Of a DNA stretch of 64,000 nucleotides, positions 1 to 14,300 are shown in pieces. A program made the position numbers and the translations under genes. Under the pieces are notes generated by a model. It saw nothing but the letters and a program-made list of their open reading frames with translations. It did not search any database and was not told where the DNA came from. Numbering within the stretch: the first letter of the stretch is position 1; each line of letters starts with the position of its first letter. Source of the DNA: Ascidiella aspersa (taxonomy: Eukaryota); assembly GCA_963924565.1 (NCBI GenBank), contig OZ004615.1, positions 19,468,001 through 19,532,000 on the forward strand. The letters run 5' to 3'.

Positions 1-12
1 GCCCAAATAGAC

Positions 13-90
13 GTTAAAAGCGACATGCATCACTGATGATGGCATTACAAATTGCCGAAACGTTTGAAAATAAAGCATGTCGCTTTTAAC
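13..90 (+). ncRNA. Putative minimal type I hammerhead ribozyme (Penelope-like element pLTR type)
   Basis: CTGATGA core at 33-39, stem II GGCA/TGCC (41-44/53-56), GAAA at 57-60, palindromic ACGT as stem III, stem I TCA/TGA, and a perfect 16-bp distal helix (13-28/75-90). Confidence 0.6.
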
Positions 91-2166
91 AACTTTAGGT
101 TTTTTATGTTTTTTTAAATAAGCACGGCCAATTTCGCTTTGCACCAATTTAAACGTAAGTGTCTAGAAATGTGTCAAGCCTACATTTTATTAACGTTTAG
201 ATCCTCTATTTTATTTTTTTAGGGTGTTGACGTGATTGATTTTTTTAATGATTCGCCCCGGATTGGGTAATTTTAAATACCTTATTACTATGAGCAACAC
301 TAGCAAACTTTCATTAACTTAAAACGGTGATTTTAATTTCACGCGTGATATTTGACTTTTTCGTGATATTTCACTCTCAAACGCTCGAAAGCAGGCTTGT
401 CGAGGTGACAGGATTGTCGCGTTACAAATCAAATGAACCTCGGTTTCCCACATATTTATTGTCTGGATTTTTCCGTCTGTACATAATTCACCTCACATAT
501 ACCCAACGTTACTGGGGTCAGGCAACCTCCTTTCGTTACTTTCATGCCGGCAATAAAGACACTTACAAAGTTTTTCGAAGAAGGTGTTTTCTACATACTT
601 TGATAACCAAGTCTAGATAACCCACCGCTATTTTTAAGGGGTGAAATTTGAAACGAATTCTTTTTAAACTTATTACCAAGATTAAATATGAATTACCAAC
701 CTTGTCAAACACAACTTTTCACCCCAGTGAACAACTGTGTTGTCTCATAGTCCACTTAATCCTTCATTTCCGTGCTTACTAGTATTTTAGCGAAGTATTA
801 AGTTGCATCCAAATCACTGCGGCGGATATTTACGCAAAACTTCACACTTAACCTCGAAAAAAATACGAAACCTCAGGCCACACAAGGCGATATAAACAGG
901 CGCACATAACTTGTAAAGGGACCCCTAAGGTGCAACAGAACTAATGTATTTTGGCTGTCGTTCTCGGGCAATTTTTTATTGAGGCCCACCCGTGCAGTTA
1001 TTTTAACAGTAAGGAAAACCGCTCGGTTACTCGTTTGCGAATGTCACTTTTGGCGTTGAAGGATTTACAGCGGTAAGTTTAACGGCCAAATAAAGTAACG
1101 GTTATACGTTCAAAAAACTCGCACGACAAAAAAAAATGAAAGTCAAAAACTGTCTAAATAATAATGACGGTTATTTGTAATGTTTTCCTGCTTCCTGGAT
1201 TTTAACGAGAGGTTTGCTAGAAGAATGTGTGCCGTGTTTTAGTTTTAGCACCTATACAATGATTCTGAACTGCCCAACTGATGTGTAGGACCAGGTTTAG
1301 TGAGAAGATACATATATTCTGTTATCAGGGTCACACGACTATAAATCCGACAAAACCAGATGTTGTTCTAATTCTGTAGTTAACCTCTGCGATTTGAGAT
1401 GGTGGATAATGTTGTCTAATCATTAAAAAATGTGCCGTGATACCGTGGCATAAAATATTTAAAACCAGTTGGCCTTTGATTATTAAAATGCAGGCAAGAC
1501 ATTGTCCTTCTGAAATAATTAGATTGATCTTCAGTTCCTTGACTTCGCCGCATCCTAGAAGCTGATTTTGCTTGTAATTATTATCGGCCATCTTGTCTAG
1601 GTTTGTGTCCCACTCCTGCATACGCTGTGTACTGTTAGAAAGTGGCCCATAATCGTTGACAATGTTAACTGTCAAACTAAAAAATATCAGGAATATTGTA
1701 TGCACACGTTTAAATATGTAACGTCAATAGTATAAAAAATAAATATCTAAAGAAATGTAAGTGTACGCTTGGCATCGGCTGTTGGGAAAAGGTAACCTGT
1801 TGAAAAATTCGAACTCATCACCTCAACTATACATGGCCGTCGATCTATCAAGTGTGGTATTTTGTGATAAAAGATAAGTCACTTCGTAATACACCCTTTA
1901 CGTCCTTAGAAACATGCTCTATAGCTTAAAACATTCTATAGACTTTCCTGTCGTAGTCAAAGTCAGTCATTATTAAGTTCTAGTCATTAAAAAGATGTTT
2001 TTCGCCGCAAAAAAATAAGTCATAATCAGTATCTTAAGAATGAATCAAACTCTTTTAATTTGAATGAAATCCAGGTCTTTTAATTCTAATGTAATTAAAC
2101 TCTTTTTTTTTCGAAACCATTTAAACCATTTACCTATCGCCTATAACAACCGCGTTATCTTCCCAG

Positions 2167-2360
2167 GACCGACAAACGATCCTCTTGGGAGTGCGGCTAC
2201 AACGGGACTCGCTCTACCTCGACTACTTCGGTCTTCCGCCGGGAAAGAACATCCGGGTGCAGAGTCCACGCTTAGGCGATGGCAAGTGGCACACAGTGGT
2301 CATCACAGTGACCAGACGGGAGGTCAAGTTTACCGTGGACTGCCTCGCAGCTGTCAACAT
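2167..2360 (+). CDS. TSPEAR: TSPEAR exon (LamG: DRQTILLGVRL...DGKWHTVVITV...VDC)
   Basis: ttcccag| acceptor, |gtaagt donor, phase 0 to 2. Confidence 0.9.
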
Positions 2361-5300
2361 GTAAGTCAGTGTTTCTTAATCAAGTGAATGGTTCACCCCA
2401 GGGTGTATAAATTTGTTGCAGGGGTGAACTAACCAAAAGGGGCGAATAAGGGTGAACCGTTAGAAATGGTTGATAGCTTGCGAGCAGGGCGGATATTCCG
2501 GGTGTTCAACCTGTTCAGTGAAATATAGACGAGATAGTTTTATCATATCATGATTGAGACAAGAGTGAATGAAATCTGACGATATATGCTATTGCTAGGG
2601 GTAAACAAAACTAAAAAAAGTTTAAGAAGCACTGATGTAAGTGACACGAAAATACTTGTTGCTTCCGGGCGTTGTTTCACTTGTAAAATGGTTCTTCCGA
2701 AAAAAATTGTTCTTGTAAGTGACACGTTTGGACTGCTTTGTGTTGGGCTGTTTATCGCAGGCGTTATGCTTTGCATCGCGGTAAACGCTTTTTTTTTAGG
2801 TATTGGTGATGTCCGATAATATCGGATCGTAGCCGATATCCGATATCAAATGATATATATCGATACTCTTCCAAAACTAGGGTGATATCGGTGCTGATCC
2901 GATACCAAATTAATTTGTATATTTCAGCCGCGGTTTGCGTTCCAAAGAAACGTTTACTACGCACCTCACAAAAGGTAAAATTTCTTAGCAAATGGTGAAC
3001 GAGCAGTAACTTAGTTATTAACACTAAGACAAACTTTAGATAAACAACATTGAAACCATTACATTTATACGTTAAGTTTCCTGCTAAATCACAGTAATGA
3101 TGTCATTTTTATTTTAGGATTAGATTAGACGGTCGTACTTTTGGGCCAAAATATCGGGTAACGGTATATATCGGGTAAATCTTTTGTACGTCACTGGTAA
3201 GAGAGTTCACTTTGGTGAGCGCCGGTCTTTCCATATAAAGATCGTTTCTCCCATTGCAAAAAAAGAGCCATTATATTCAAGAACCACCATATAAATAAAC
3301 TGACAACAATAGCGATTTGAAGGCAAAGGTTTCGGAACTATTAAAAGTACATTTGTACAGCTGCACAGAAACAAAGTGTTGTTATTTGAGACATTTCCCG
3401 TAACGAGCGACTCGCTACGGTGCACCCCGTTACCATAAGACCGTTTTTGTTTTAGAATTAAACGAGTTAAAGCGCAAAGCATGCCAAAACACTAAGTGTT
3501 ATCTCCACCGTGTGTCACAGTAAGTTTCACAGTAAGTAACAATAAAGTATCACTTATAAACTTCCGGCACCATTTTGTGCTTATTGTTTCAGCAGCCTAC
3601 ATTATTAACAATATTCGATTAAACTACAAGTAGAACACTTTGCTAAACTAATCTATGGAAAACTTTTTTTTAAGTTGAAAAACTTTGATTTTTGCAACTG
3701 AAAGGGGCGCAACTGAAATGTTTTTTTTTTTTTAACCCAAACTAGTTACAGCTTTTCTAAAAATAGTCTTTTTTTGGCTTTTAAAAGTCAAAACACCGGA
3801 AGTAAATGTGTACCCTCGCGGAACACCGCCGCCTTCAAAAGGGGCCACTTTGTCCAGGACCCCCCAAACCATGGCCCCCCACCCCTCGCTAAAACGCCCC
3901 TATTGTTCCGGAACCTAACAAAACGGTCCTGAGTGTGTTTGATGTTGTTCGATGAAACGTAAACAGCCCGAGCAGGTTCAGCCGGCGCAGGTGTTGTGCC
4001 CTTGTTTCGTCACAAACACGTGGCCGGTCGCGGTTCACTGAATACGCATCGGCTTACAGGCTAAAGACTACGCTTTGCTGGATATTGCGCATACTTGACG
4101 AGTCTAATGACTCTGTCTGAAAAAACACTGATTTTTGCGAACCATTCGACCTAATCAGTGAAACGTAAATACCTTTTATCGTTAGGCAGTAATATCGTAC
4201 TGTTGCACTTCGATAAAGAACGTGGCTGTTTAAAGTCCTTTTAAAAAAACGTTTTGAAAGAAAGAAAAACTTCGGTAAACAAATTGTTGTCAATCGTTTA
4301 AGTTGTATCCACTTATGGTGTTTAGATGTCGAACCAGTTGTTAACGAATTTAACAAAAAAATTGTCTTCTTTTTAAATGATTTGCCTTGAAAGCACAAAC
4401 AACGTAAATACCAAATACCGTGTCCGTGTTTTTCCCTTTTAAAAAAACACCCACCACAATCAGATTTCAACACAAAAGTACATTTATCCGCGAAAGTAGC
4501 AAAACATCACGTGTCCAGGAAACGGGATAGGCGACCCCGTTTTTCGATTTCGGTTTGACCCCTCGCCCCCAATTCGGAACACTCCTTGGGACCCCAATCG
4601 TGCCCCAATCGCGTTAAATAGACCCACAGCTGGCCCCAGAGAAAACTGGGGGCCGCGAAAAGGAAACGCGGCCCTCTGAAACAGGAAACGTGCTTGGCAT
4701 CGTAGCGACAACAACATTAAATGCTTTTTTAGAGCGAGATTACGTGTGCGATCCACGAAAGTGGGCCGGGGTTCGCGCTGGATAGAGCAGGTCACCCCCA
4801 TTGGTCTTGTTTTCGGAAACCGAATAGGAAGCCCAGTTGGTTTGGTACCATTTGCAAAGCGCAACGGGGGTTGAGTGATGCGTGATTGAATAATAGCTTT
4901 TCCGTTTTCGTGGGTACACCATGCACGGATCTGTAATGTAGCTTGATAATGAATTGCAAAGCTGAAAAGGTCGAGTAGATCGACATCATCTTGATTAAGA
5001 CGTTTCGATTCGAGCTTGTATCATCTACAGGTAATATGTTTCGTTTAAGGCAAATTTATAAAAATGATTGGCAGATTATTATTGACCAAGTCGTTGAAAA
5101 GGGTGTGGTTTGATTCTGAGGGGAAAATTCAACCGGTAAAATAGTTAAAATCATGGCGGCGAGTGCAGGGATTAATATTTCACGAGAAACAAGTTTCCAA
5201 TTGGGTATTATTTGAGTATTATCAAAAATCAAAACATGCGCATTTGTGACAGAATCCTAGTCAAAATAACTATTGAACCAAAAACATGTTTTTACATTTC

Positions 5301-8300
5301 TGTTTTGTAAAAAGTCAATTTCAATTCCAAAGCTGTCAACAAAACCAGCTTACAAAACAAACTGTTCAGACACTGCCATTTTCCGACTCCAGTAAAACAA
5401 TGTAAAACATGAAACGTAATTAGGCTTTAAAGTTTGTGATTGAAGACTCGTACCAGCTGATGGCTTACGAAAACACGCTCGGATCGTAGATCGCCGGTTG
5501 TTTTAGTCCAAAGTTGCCGCGCGCATCATTTACACTCACGCGTCGACCGAATGTCATTCGCAAACGCGCACAGCTGAAAATTCAACAAATGTCAACGACA
5601 GGGTCAGAACAATTCATCTTTTGACTACGCTTTTGAGCGAAATGGCTTGGATATTTAAAGGGTTTAGGTTGGCGGCTAAACGGCTGAATGTAGTAAGGTT
5701 TCAAGGCTAAAACTTAAAAAATTTGGTTAGGTTTCAAAACTTGGTTTGTTATGCTAATGTTTAACGGACTAAAAGTTTGGGGATTCGTCGAAACATTTGT
5801 CTTTATATTACAGGAAAATGTGGCGCTGGATAAGCAATTACATTTTCTAAAAAAACGCTTTGTTTCCGTAAAGTCACGTACTTCCTAATTCAGGGATGGA
5901 ACAACTGACCCGCTGGTCAAAACGTGGCCCATTAAAGTTTTAGCGAACCACTTATTATTTTCTAAACAACGTATTACAATGAATATACTACAAAAAGTAA
6001 AATGTGTAGGAATAAGCAAATGTTTGTAACAAGGTACTGCTGTTAAGTCATTTTAAAATACAAGGTACGGCGTGAAGCTCGCTGCCGAATTTTTGACACT
6101 GAATGGACTCGTTGTAGCGTTCACATATTTATTTGTTCTTACTATTCGTCCAAATATTAATTTTCATGACTGAACTTTGTACAAAAAATTACAGGGAATT
6201 GTCGCAATCAACTTTTGGGTCACCAGTCAAGAGTGATATTACCTGTATAGAAAATGCATCAGCATGTTTTGCATTAACATTAACATGCTGTCCAATGTAT
6301 GATCATTTGTGCATTTTTTAAATAATTAAAATCTTGTTTTCACCATACACAATAAAAAGGTTCGCCCTCCCTTTCCTATAGTGTCACACAGCTTGTTCGA
6401 AATTTTATCACAACATTGGTCAATGTATCTCTTGGAAGACCACGTTCTGACATAAAACTGAAAAACACTTTGATCGACCAACCGTCGCACAGCATTGATG
6501 TTGTTGCGTTTTGCTGTTGATCAAGCATATCTCAGCTGTAGAGGCGGCAAGTATAGGTTCTGAAACGCTTTAGTCTTGATCTCACGCACACACAAACACA
6601 AACAATCCCAAGCTTTGAAGGCCTTTATGCGACACAGTTGAAAACACAGTTAGCGGCCTTGATGTGACTGAGCCAAGCGTAAGCTCTGTGAAGCCAAGGA
6701 TGGGATAAGTGATATAATTGGCGTTTTTTTGTCAAAATGTGAGTTATTGGATGGTGCGGCACATCTGATCCTTAGAAGTCGGTGCATTTTCAAACGCCCG
6801 AAGATCCGGATTCAACTGAATCAGATAAACATTTTCAGCCTCCTGTTTTTGCGAAACGAGCTGGGATTTTCAAAATACCGCGGATGGAGTTAATGTTAAA
6901 CGGACACGACTTTTAAATAGATGAATTATCGTGTGTATATAAGATCAAACAAAGAACCACAAAGCTTAAAGCACTTCCTAAAAAAACTTGATTTAATTTC
7001 TGCAATTACGTTGAAATAATCACCTTTGTCAAAAGGCTGTTAATGTGTGTAGATATAATTTGGTACCGCTAAAATTATGAAAAAAATTACAATGTTGTTA
7101 ATAACAAGTTACGGGGTGCCTTAAACTTACACTATTCAATTTTAAGTACCTAACTCGGACGCACTGCTACCGAATCATTTGTGTCGTTAATTATTTCCAC
7201 AGTTAAGTATTTTTTGAGCTGCTGACTACGTGACACGCTCGATATTTGTCCGGAGTCCGACCACGGCCATATCCCGTGGCCCGCGATAACGCTTCGCGGA
7301 ATATTAACACAAGTATAGACCCTCTCTGTAAATTCGCCGTCGCAGCGTATCACCACCGCACACCGGCCGCCGCAGTCGCTCTCCCCGACCATTATCTGCA
7401 TAGGAAACGAACGGCAAGCCTTCTGTCGACTGGTCTGAGTCGGCTGTCTGGCTTGGTCAGCCGTCGCAACACCCGGGTTTATGGGAGTCTTCATATTGAC
7501 GCGCCTTGGAATCGTCGATTAAGCACACTTTGTCGAAACGAGGCTACTGACTGGTAACATCACATGGTGTAGTCGCGTGATAACTTTTCGTATGCGAAAG
7601 AAATCTCCCGCAGAGAATCAATGTTGTAGAGCAGGGGTTCTTAACTTTTTTTACCGCGGACCCCTAATTTCTTTCGGCCTCGCGTGAACCACGGTAGACT
7701 ACAAAACTCAAAAATGACGTGAAAAATTTACGTCACATATCATAAAGACTTTATGAGTCTGCTAATTTCGGTCAAAACATGTGAAAGTGAAATGGAGTCC
7801 TAAAGCGTTCAGTGCATAACCGTTTAATTTTCAATTAAACTGTTTCTTTAAAAAATTTATTACTTTTTAAATATACACTAATATTCACGCCTTAGCAAAA
7901 CGAGGCCAAATAAGTGGTTACACCACATGGAGTATTTTCGCATGACCACATCACTTTTCGCATCTCCTGCAAATTTCAAATGTTGTAGAGGGATTTTCCT
8001 TGAAGTTATACGAAATTAGACTGATTAACCGAATCAGATAGTTGCAGGAATCATTTCTTCAGACAAAACAGAAGTATCGTATTATACAGGTAATGTTCTT
8101 TTCTAAGATGCAGGGCATCCCTGTTTAGTAGGGTAAAAATAATATATGTCTTTTTATACCTAACACCCAAATATGCCTTGTAATTATTTGAAGATTCAAA
8201 CTACATTATGAAGACCCATAAAACAAGGCTGTAAGCCACAAATACTCCGCGCCCGAAAAACACGCAGTCAAAACAATTCGTAAATAGTACAATGGCATCG

Positions 8301-11300
8301 AAGTTTCTCTTCTCCAAGAACCACTTTTTATTCGTAAATGTGTGGAAAGCGGGGCAACGCCTGCGAGGGTATCTTACATGGAGGTCAATCATATTTCGTC
8401 GAGACATCGGTCAACGCCATGAACGTATCCGAATTTGCTCAACGTCAAAATTGCCCAATTTGCGAGTTGAACATTCACGCGTGTGCACCACAAAATTCCA
8501 GTCTCAAGCTCCAATCTCGGCAACCGACCGAAGGTCTAGCAAACTTCAGTTTGTCTTCTTGTTAAATGACCCTGAACTGCTTGTGCCAAAGCAAACTCGA
8601 TCGTGAGATCAGTTCTTTTCAGCAAGCGTGGGACAAAACTGCAGCAAAAATCGGGCCCTTACCATGTTTTGCGACAAACTTTGTACACGCCGGTTGTCCA
8701 ATTTTCGGCCTCGTTTGTACCTATCGATTAGCAACTGTTATAAGCACTAACGTGTCTGCAAACTATTTATTTAAGGCTTAAACGCCAAGGTTTTTAGCCT
8801 GTTTTGTAGTTTGGGTTTTAAACTAATGGTTTGGGTGTTTTGCTTGAACATATGTTCCGTGTTGGGGTAAACATTTCTTAAAAAATATATACGTAGCCTG
8901 TTTAACGCCAAGAGTTTGTGGACTTTTTTCCACTTGGTTAAATAGTTTATGTGTAAATAGGTGATCGACTCGCAATTTTTGTAATGAAGTAAGTTAATGA
9001 CTTGACTTAGCAACTGTTTTAATTTACTTGACTTAAGTCGTTTCGCTAAATTACATGACTTAACGTAAGTCTTAAAATAAATTACTTGAATTGGACTTGA
9101 GTGGAGTTTTCAATTACCATTTTTTATATAAAATAGGGAAATTTAGTTTAATTTGCACGTAAATCAATTAGCTTACTACATTTCAGGCATTTGTTATGCT
9201 TCAGATGAGTTATTACTCACAATAGGACGAGTTAACCAATTTAAATGGAGTTTAACGTTTAATTTTTATATCAATGACTTGACTTGCTTTCATAATGATT
9301 TGAACTGGGACTTGACTTGTCATTTTTTTAAACTTTACTTGATTTTAGGTGATTTTACAAATGACTTGGCTGGGACAAAAGTCTGTTCAAAATAACTTGT
9401 TTACAACACTGTAACAGGTATATTTCTAGATGTCAATGGCTAAATAACGTACTGCCACAAATTCTTACACTCGTAACCTTCACAAATGATCCTTCAAAAT
9501 GCGCCTAATCCATCGAACAAGAATTCTCATCCGGGAAAATTGCGACTCTTGGCGCACAACTCGCAGTTGCGAACGCAAATTAGAAATCCCGACACTTATC
9601 CCGGCAGCTTTGCAACGTCACACCCGGGCATTATTGCGTCACGGGAGGTCGAAAGCTGTCTTGTGATGTTTGACCCCGGGGTCAAGTGCATTGGACCTGA
9701 CGTCACAATTACTATACAGCGCGACATCGACACTTGCGTTTTAGCACGAGGGCAATTTCGCGAGTAATTTCGACCAGCATTGCCCGCTTTGATTTACTTC
9801 CGAGCAAAGGGGACCACTCAGACGTGATTGGACTTTTATCGGCGTCGATTTTCGTATCAAATAACTTGGCCAGTGATTTGCGTTTTGCGCGGCGTATAGC
9901 AGTAGAAACATATACGGGCGTAGGATAAGACGATGGCAAGTCAAAGTGTGCATTATGCGGGCAGCAAATTGTTTGTAATACAGCTGCCACATGATACCGT
10001 ACAATTTTGGTCGTGGTCTATTTTTGGTGCATTATCTGCGAAGCAGTTTCTCTGCAATCGATGTACCGCAGGATCTTGCTGAGTGTGCCCGTATCATGCC
10101 TATTGCACTGTCTAATAGTTCTAAACTCGGGCAGTAAGAGCGCGACAAAACCTAACACCCCTAAACGCCCAACGAAATATATAGCTAACCGATAGAAGTG
10201 CAAGTATTTTTTTTCAGACATTAAAACCACAAAAACATCGTTAAACTCTATTCGTGTACAGTCAAAAATAAAGGTGCTGAGCATTGATTCACATTGTATT
10301 TACGTAATTGCGATAGCCTGGGTGTTTAATTAAGCAAAGAGGGGAATCGAGAAACTGTTTAAAACAAAAAAAAAACGGTTAGGAATAAATTTACATCACT
10401 TGTCATTCCCGTATTGACTTGCCTGTTTGTCCTAATGTCCAAAAAAGATTAAAAAAAGACGTCATCAACAATTTTCCTGACGATTTTGTGCGTCAGACAA
10501 ATCCCCGTGAACAGCGCAGGAAGCTATTCTACAAAAAAGCTTATAGTTTAGGAGCTTTTAAACCCAAGACTGACAAATCGCCACCTAACGCTGCTATGAC
10601 CAATCCCGTCCAACCGCCGATATTTAAAACTGTGCGATTAGCGCCATCCTGTAAACATAAGCCCTGGAACTGACGTGTCGTTAGGAAAGCGACGGACTGG
10701 ATCCTTTCAGTCTCAATCAATCGTGAAAAGGTTTTCCAGTGGACGCGTTGACCAACGTTTTGACGATGTTTTCAACCCTTTTTGGACGAAAGATTTTTTA
10801 AATTTACACACACATAAGGTACCCAGTAAGAACATAAAAACAATTTGTTTAAGTTTACTGCTGCCAGTCTTCAGTGAACCAATCTGAATGGTTAAGAGCG
10901 AGTTATTTTTATGTCTTTATTCACAAACAATTGCCAATACTGCAAAGTGCAATATTTTTCGCCACTTTCCTGCTTTTTTTTATACAGGAAAAATAAACTT
11001 TAATTCAAATGAATTCTGCACTCCAAGAGTTTTGTGAGATACGTCTACTCCAATTTCGATTGCGACAGTTCATTAAGCGCTAAATAAAATATTTCATTAA
11101 ACCACTGAAGTCTTTAAGGTGGCAACGTTGGAGCTGTAGGTGCTATAGATATATGTAGCAGTATTATTGGTCGGTTTAACTTTAGAGGGGCCAGATTGGG
11201 TGTGTATTTTGCAATGCAAACAGTACTGTTATGCCACACTGGACTAAAACTGTGGAATGCTTTCCTTAAATTGCTTTTATCTTTTCGGTGACACCTTTCA

Positions 11301-14300
11301 ACAAAGCGAAGCTCCAGACTAAACGGACGCCATAAGGGCCGTAAGCCGCTTATTCCCCAGTGAGTTTAAAAAAACGAAGCGTGCGTGAATCACGATTGGA
11401 AAGCCGCCCGACAGCGCGCGACAGATTCGCCACTTTTCGTCCGAAATACCGAATGCAAAACGGATGACGTAATTCCGGGGATGTTTGATGTTGGGCGACA
11501 CCGAATGACCTTATCGTTAAGGACCGTTTCAAATGTGCACCGCGAGTGCCTTCGGGAACTGATTTCGGAAGAGCCTTTACGAAGGAACCTGGTGCACTGC
11601 AGTCACTGCGAGGTCACGGTATTAATAAACAGCACGCGTATATCTTCGGTTTCGCCATTTCCACTGTGATTTGCGTTTTCAATTTTTCGTGTTGAGTTTT
11701 ACAGTTCAACCATAGTTCAACTTGCTTTATCAGTGTTTGTTACGGTTTTTTGTTTCAACATTACGCCGCCCCTAAAAATCAATTCTGCCTTTACAGAATA
11801 TTGTATATACTTAAGGGTGTCAAAGTTTACCGTTGCAAGTAGTTCATGCCTGGAACCATTTTAGAAAACATTACAACAAGCGTATTGATCTAGGCGTAAT
11901 TTAATATATAATTTTTGTGAGGTTGCAGCGATTCAAACTTGAAAGATAAATTTATCGAAATAGTAACTGGAGGTAACTAAACTTCTCAACCTCAAAGCAA
12001 ATTTGGCCCAATAACTTAAAAAAGGGCCTTTGAATGTTTCGATTTCACCTATTTTGCTTGATGGAGCATAGCAATGACGTCATTTGGTATCGGAGGGAAT
12101 CGCAATTCTTTCTGAACTAAATATCGGGTATCGTTATCGGAATAAAATACGAAGTATCGGACACCCTCCTATTGACTCTGGCTGCTTGTGCTCGTACATT
12201 TATAGGAACACTTTTATTTCAAAATTGGTAAAAGTGATACAGTTTTAAATTGTAACTCAATAAGACCTCCCATATTCGTAAAATCTTCCCTAGATTACGT
12301 CATTTGGCAATCCCGCATATTTTCTCCTACAAGATCGCAGTCACGGTACATCCTCCCATAAAATATCCCTAAAGTTACGTAATGTTCAAGGCGACAAAAA
12401 AATCATAGAACCGCGTTAAATGCCACATTTATTCGCCCCCGCTGATCATGTGCATCAGACCAATTGACAAACACAGCTTGTTGTGTGACTCACTGCATAG
12501 TAAAAACACGGGGAATCAGACACATTTATCCGTCGGTTGGACGATGATTTATTGCGGTGGCGCGATTACATTAAGCTGTAATAGGTTTCCGCATAGGGTG
12601 ACCTTAGTTTTTCTGTGTGCGTAGTTGTCAACTACTGTGAAAGGTAATGCTGTGTTGTTATAGTTAGGTTCAAAAACAATCACACTGCTGCATATGCCTT
12701 CTTAGGGGTTTTATGCATTATCCCCTTCTTTCGTGTTGAATTGTATTGAAGTGTGCAGCGAGCGACGCGGTATAGCGGTTGGGTTACGAATTGAAATGCT
12801 TCGCGGTCTATCTAAGTTTTAAAATTAATACACAGTTAGTATAATTGGGGAATTTTTCCACACCGCATTTACCAACGGCAAGTTATTGAGTATCATTACG
12901 CTGGTCTTAAAAGTTAAAACGCTAACAAACTACTTGTGTAAAAAAATTCACTTCAAGGTGTTTAATATATATGGGTCATTCCATTGCTACTGGTACAGTG
13001 GTGGCACCCTATGTCATAGATTTTTTTTCAATTTTATATGTATAATCTCTCTGCAATTCTATGAAGAGTGATACCAATTTTACCGAAACTGGTCAAGTAC
13101 TTTTTGAGATATCAGCGACTGAAAATTTTGATAGCAGCAAGGCATAAACGTTAACATGCTGCAAAACTTCAAAATCGTTGCAGACTTGCACATTTCAATA
13201 CCATGTAAATTAAATTCTTCAGCGCAAAAGGAGGAAATTCCATTAATCGAATGCAATAAAAACTATAGTACAACCGAGTTTACTTTTCAGGTTTATTAAG
13301 TAGAAGTAACAAGTCTCTATCACCGTTACAAAATATAATGCAGAAACAATTGTTTTTGATAAAACTGCGCATATTTTATTTTAAAAGGTGGAAACATAAA
13401 TCTGTTGCAAAACATGCGTAACAGTTATATAGTGCGGATTTACAGGAATTGTTTCACGATAAATCCTTAAAAAAGTGTAAGATGCTCATTTGAAAAGCAA
13501 TAAAATCCGGTAGACTGCAGAACACGTTTTTTCTCCGCGGTGCCACATGTCACATATTTGCACTTATCTGTTTAAACAGCGATGTCGAACATGTGGCGTA
13601 AAAATGTTCCACGCAACCACGAGCCTATACATATTGCGGGCGTGCAGGGCGGGCCAGTTGCATTTGTAATAAGGGCGACATTCAAAGTTTAAATCAATAA
13701 AATTTGCAATATGCCTTTCGATGATTCATTACGCAAGTGAAAGCAGGATGAAATTGAAAATTACGCAAATACCAAGACACGGTTACGCAATGGAAAATCG
13801 CCGAATGTGCTATATTTAAAGGTCAAAAAGTCTGCCGTCACAGTTGTAAATTGTCACCTGGCCTTTAGTGCCCATCGGCCTTATCGAAAATATCCCAGGG
13901 AAAATATGACATCAGCTCCCAGAGTTATTAAACATTGTTGTTTGACCGCCAAACAAGAAGCTAATTAAATCACAGGGCTCGCTTCGGTTTGCTTAGGTAG
14001 GGAATCGTGCGCCTGGCATTCTACACATCACGCAAACTCCTATGTTCGTAGCTGGGGTAAGTTGCACAGGTGCACCAAGTACCTTGCCGCGTGCTACCAT
14101 CCAACGACCTTGCTATTGACCTTTCGGGCGTAACCGGCATGCAACGAGATTATAACTACTGTAGGCTACAGGAAAGGAACGATTATTTTTTACTGGGATT
14201 TATTTAACTAAGACTCGTGTAAATTGGCTACCGATTACATTGCGCAATTTTAGGCTTATTTTTGCTAGTTTGCTATTAACTCGATAAACGGAAATAACAG

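Noticed and set aside
1010-1072. Possible upstream TSPEAR exon (aacag ... gtaagt)
   Set aside because: No phase-compatible reading resembles the expected TSPEAR sequence.
1331-1705. ORF containing GITAHF, reminiscent of hAT transposase
   Set aside because: No DxWT catalytic motif in any nearby frame I checked; likely chance.
12765-12880. tRNA-derived SINE head (A-box-like ggtatagcggttgg)
   Set aside because: No B-box, no cloverleaf, and no second copy in the window.
13180-13230. Second hammerhead (CTGAAGA..GAAA on the - strand, also at about 16300)
   Set aside because: Stem II cannot pair convincingly.
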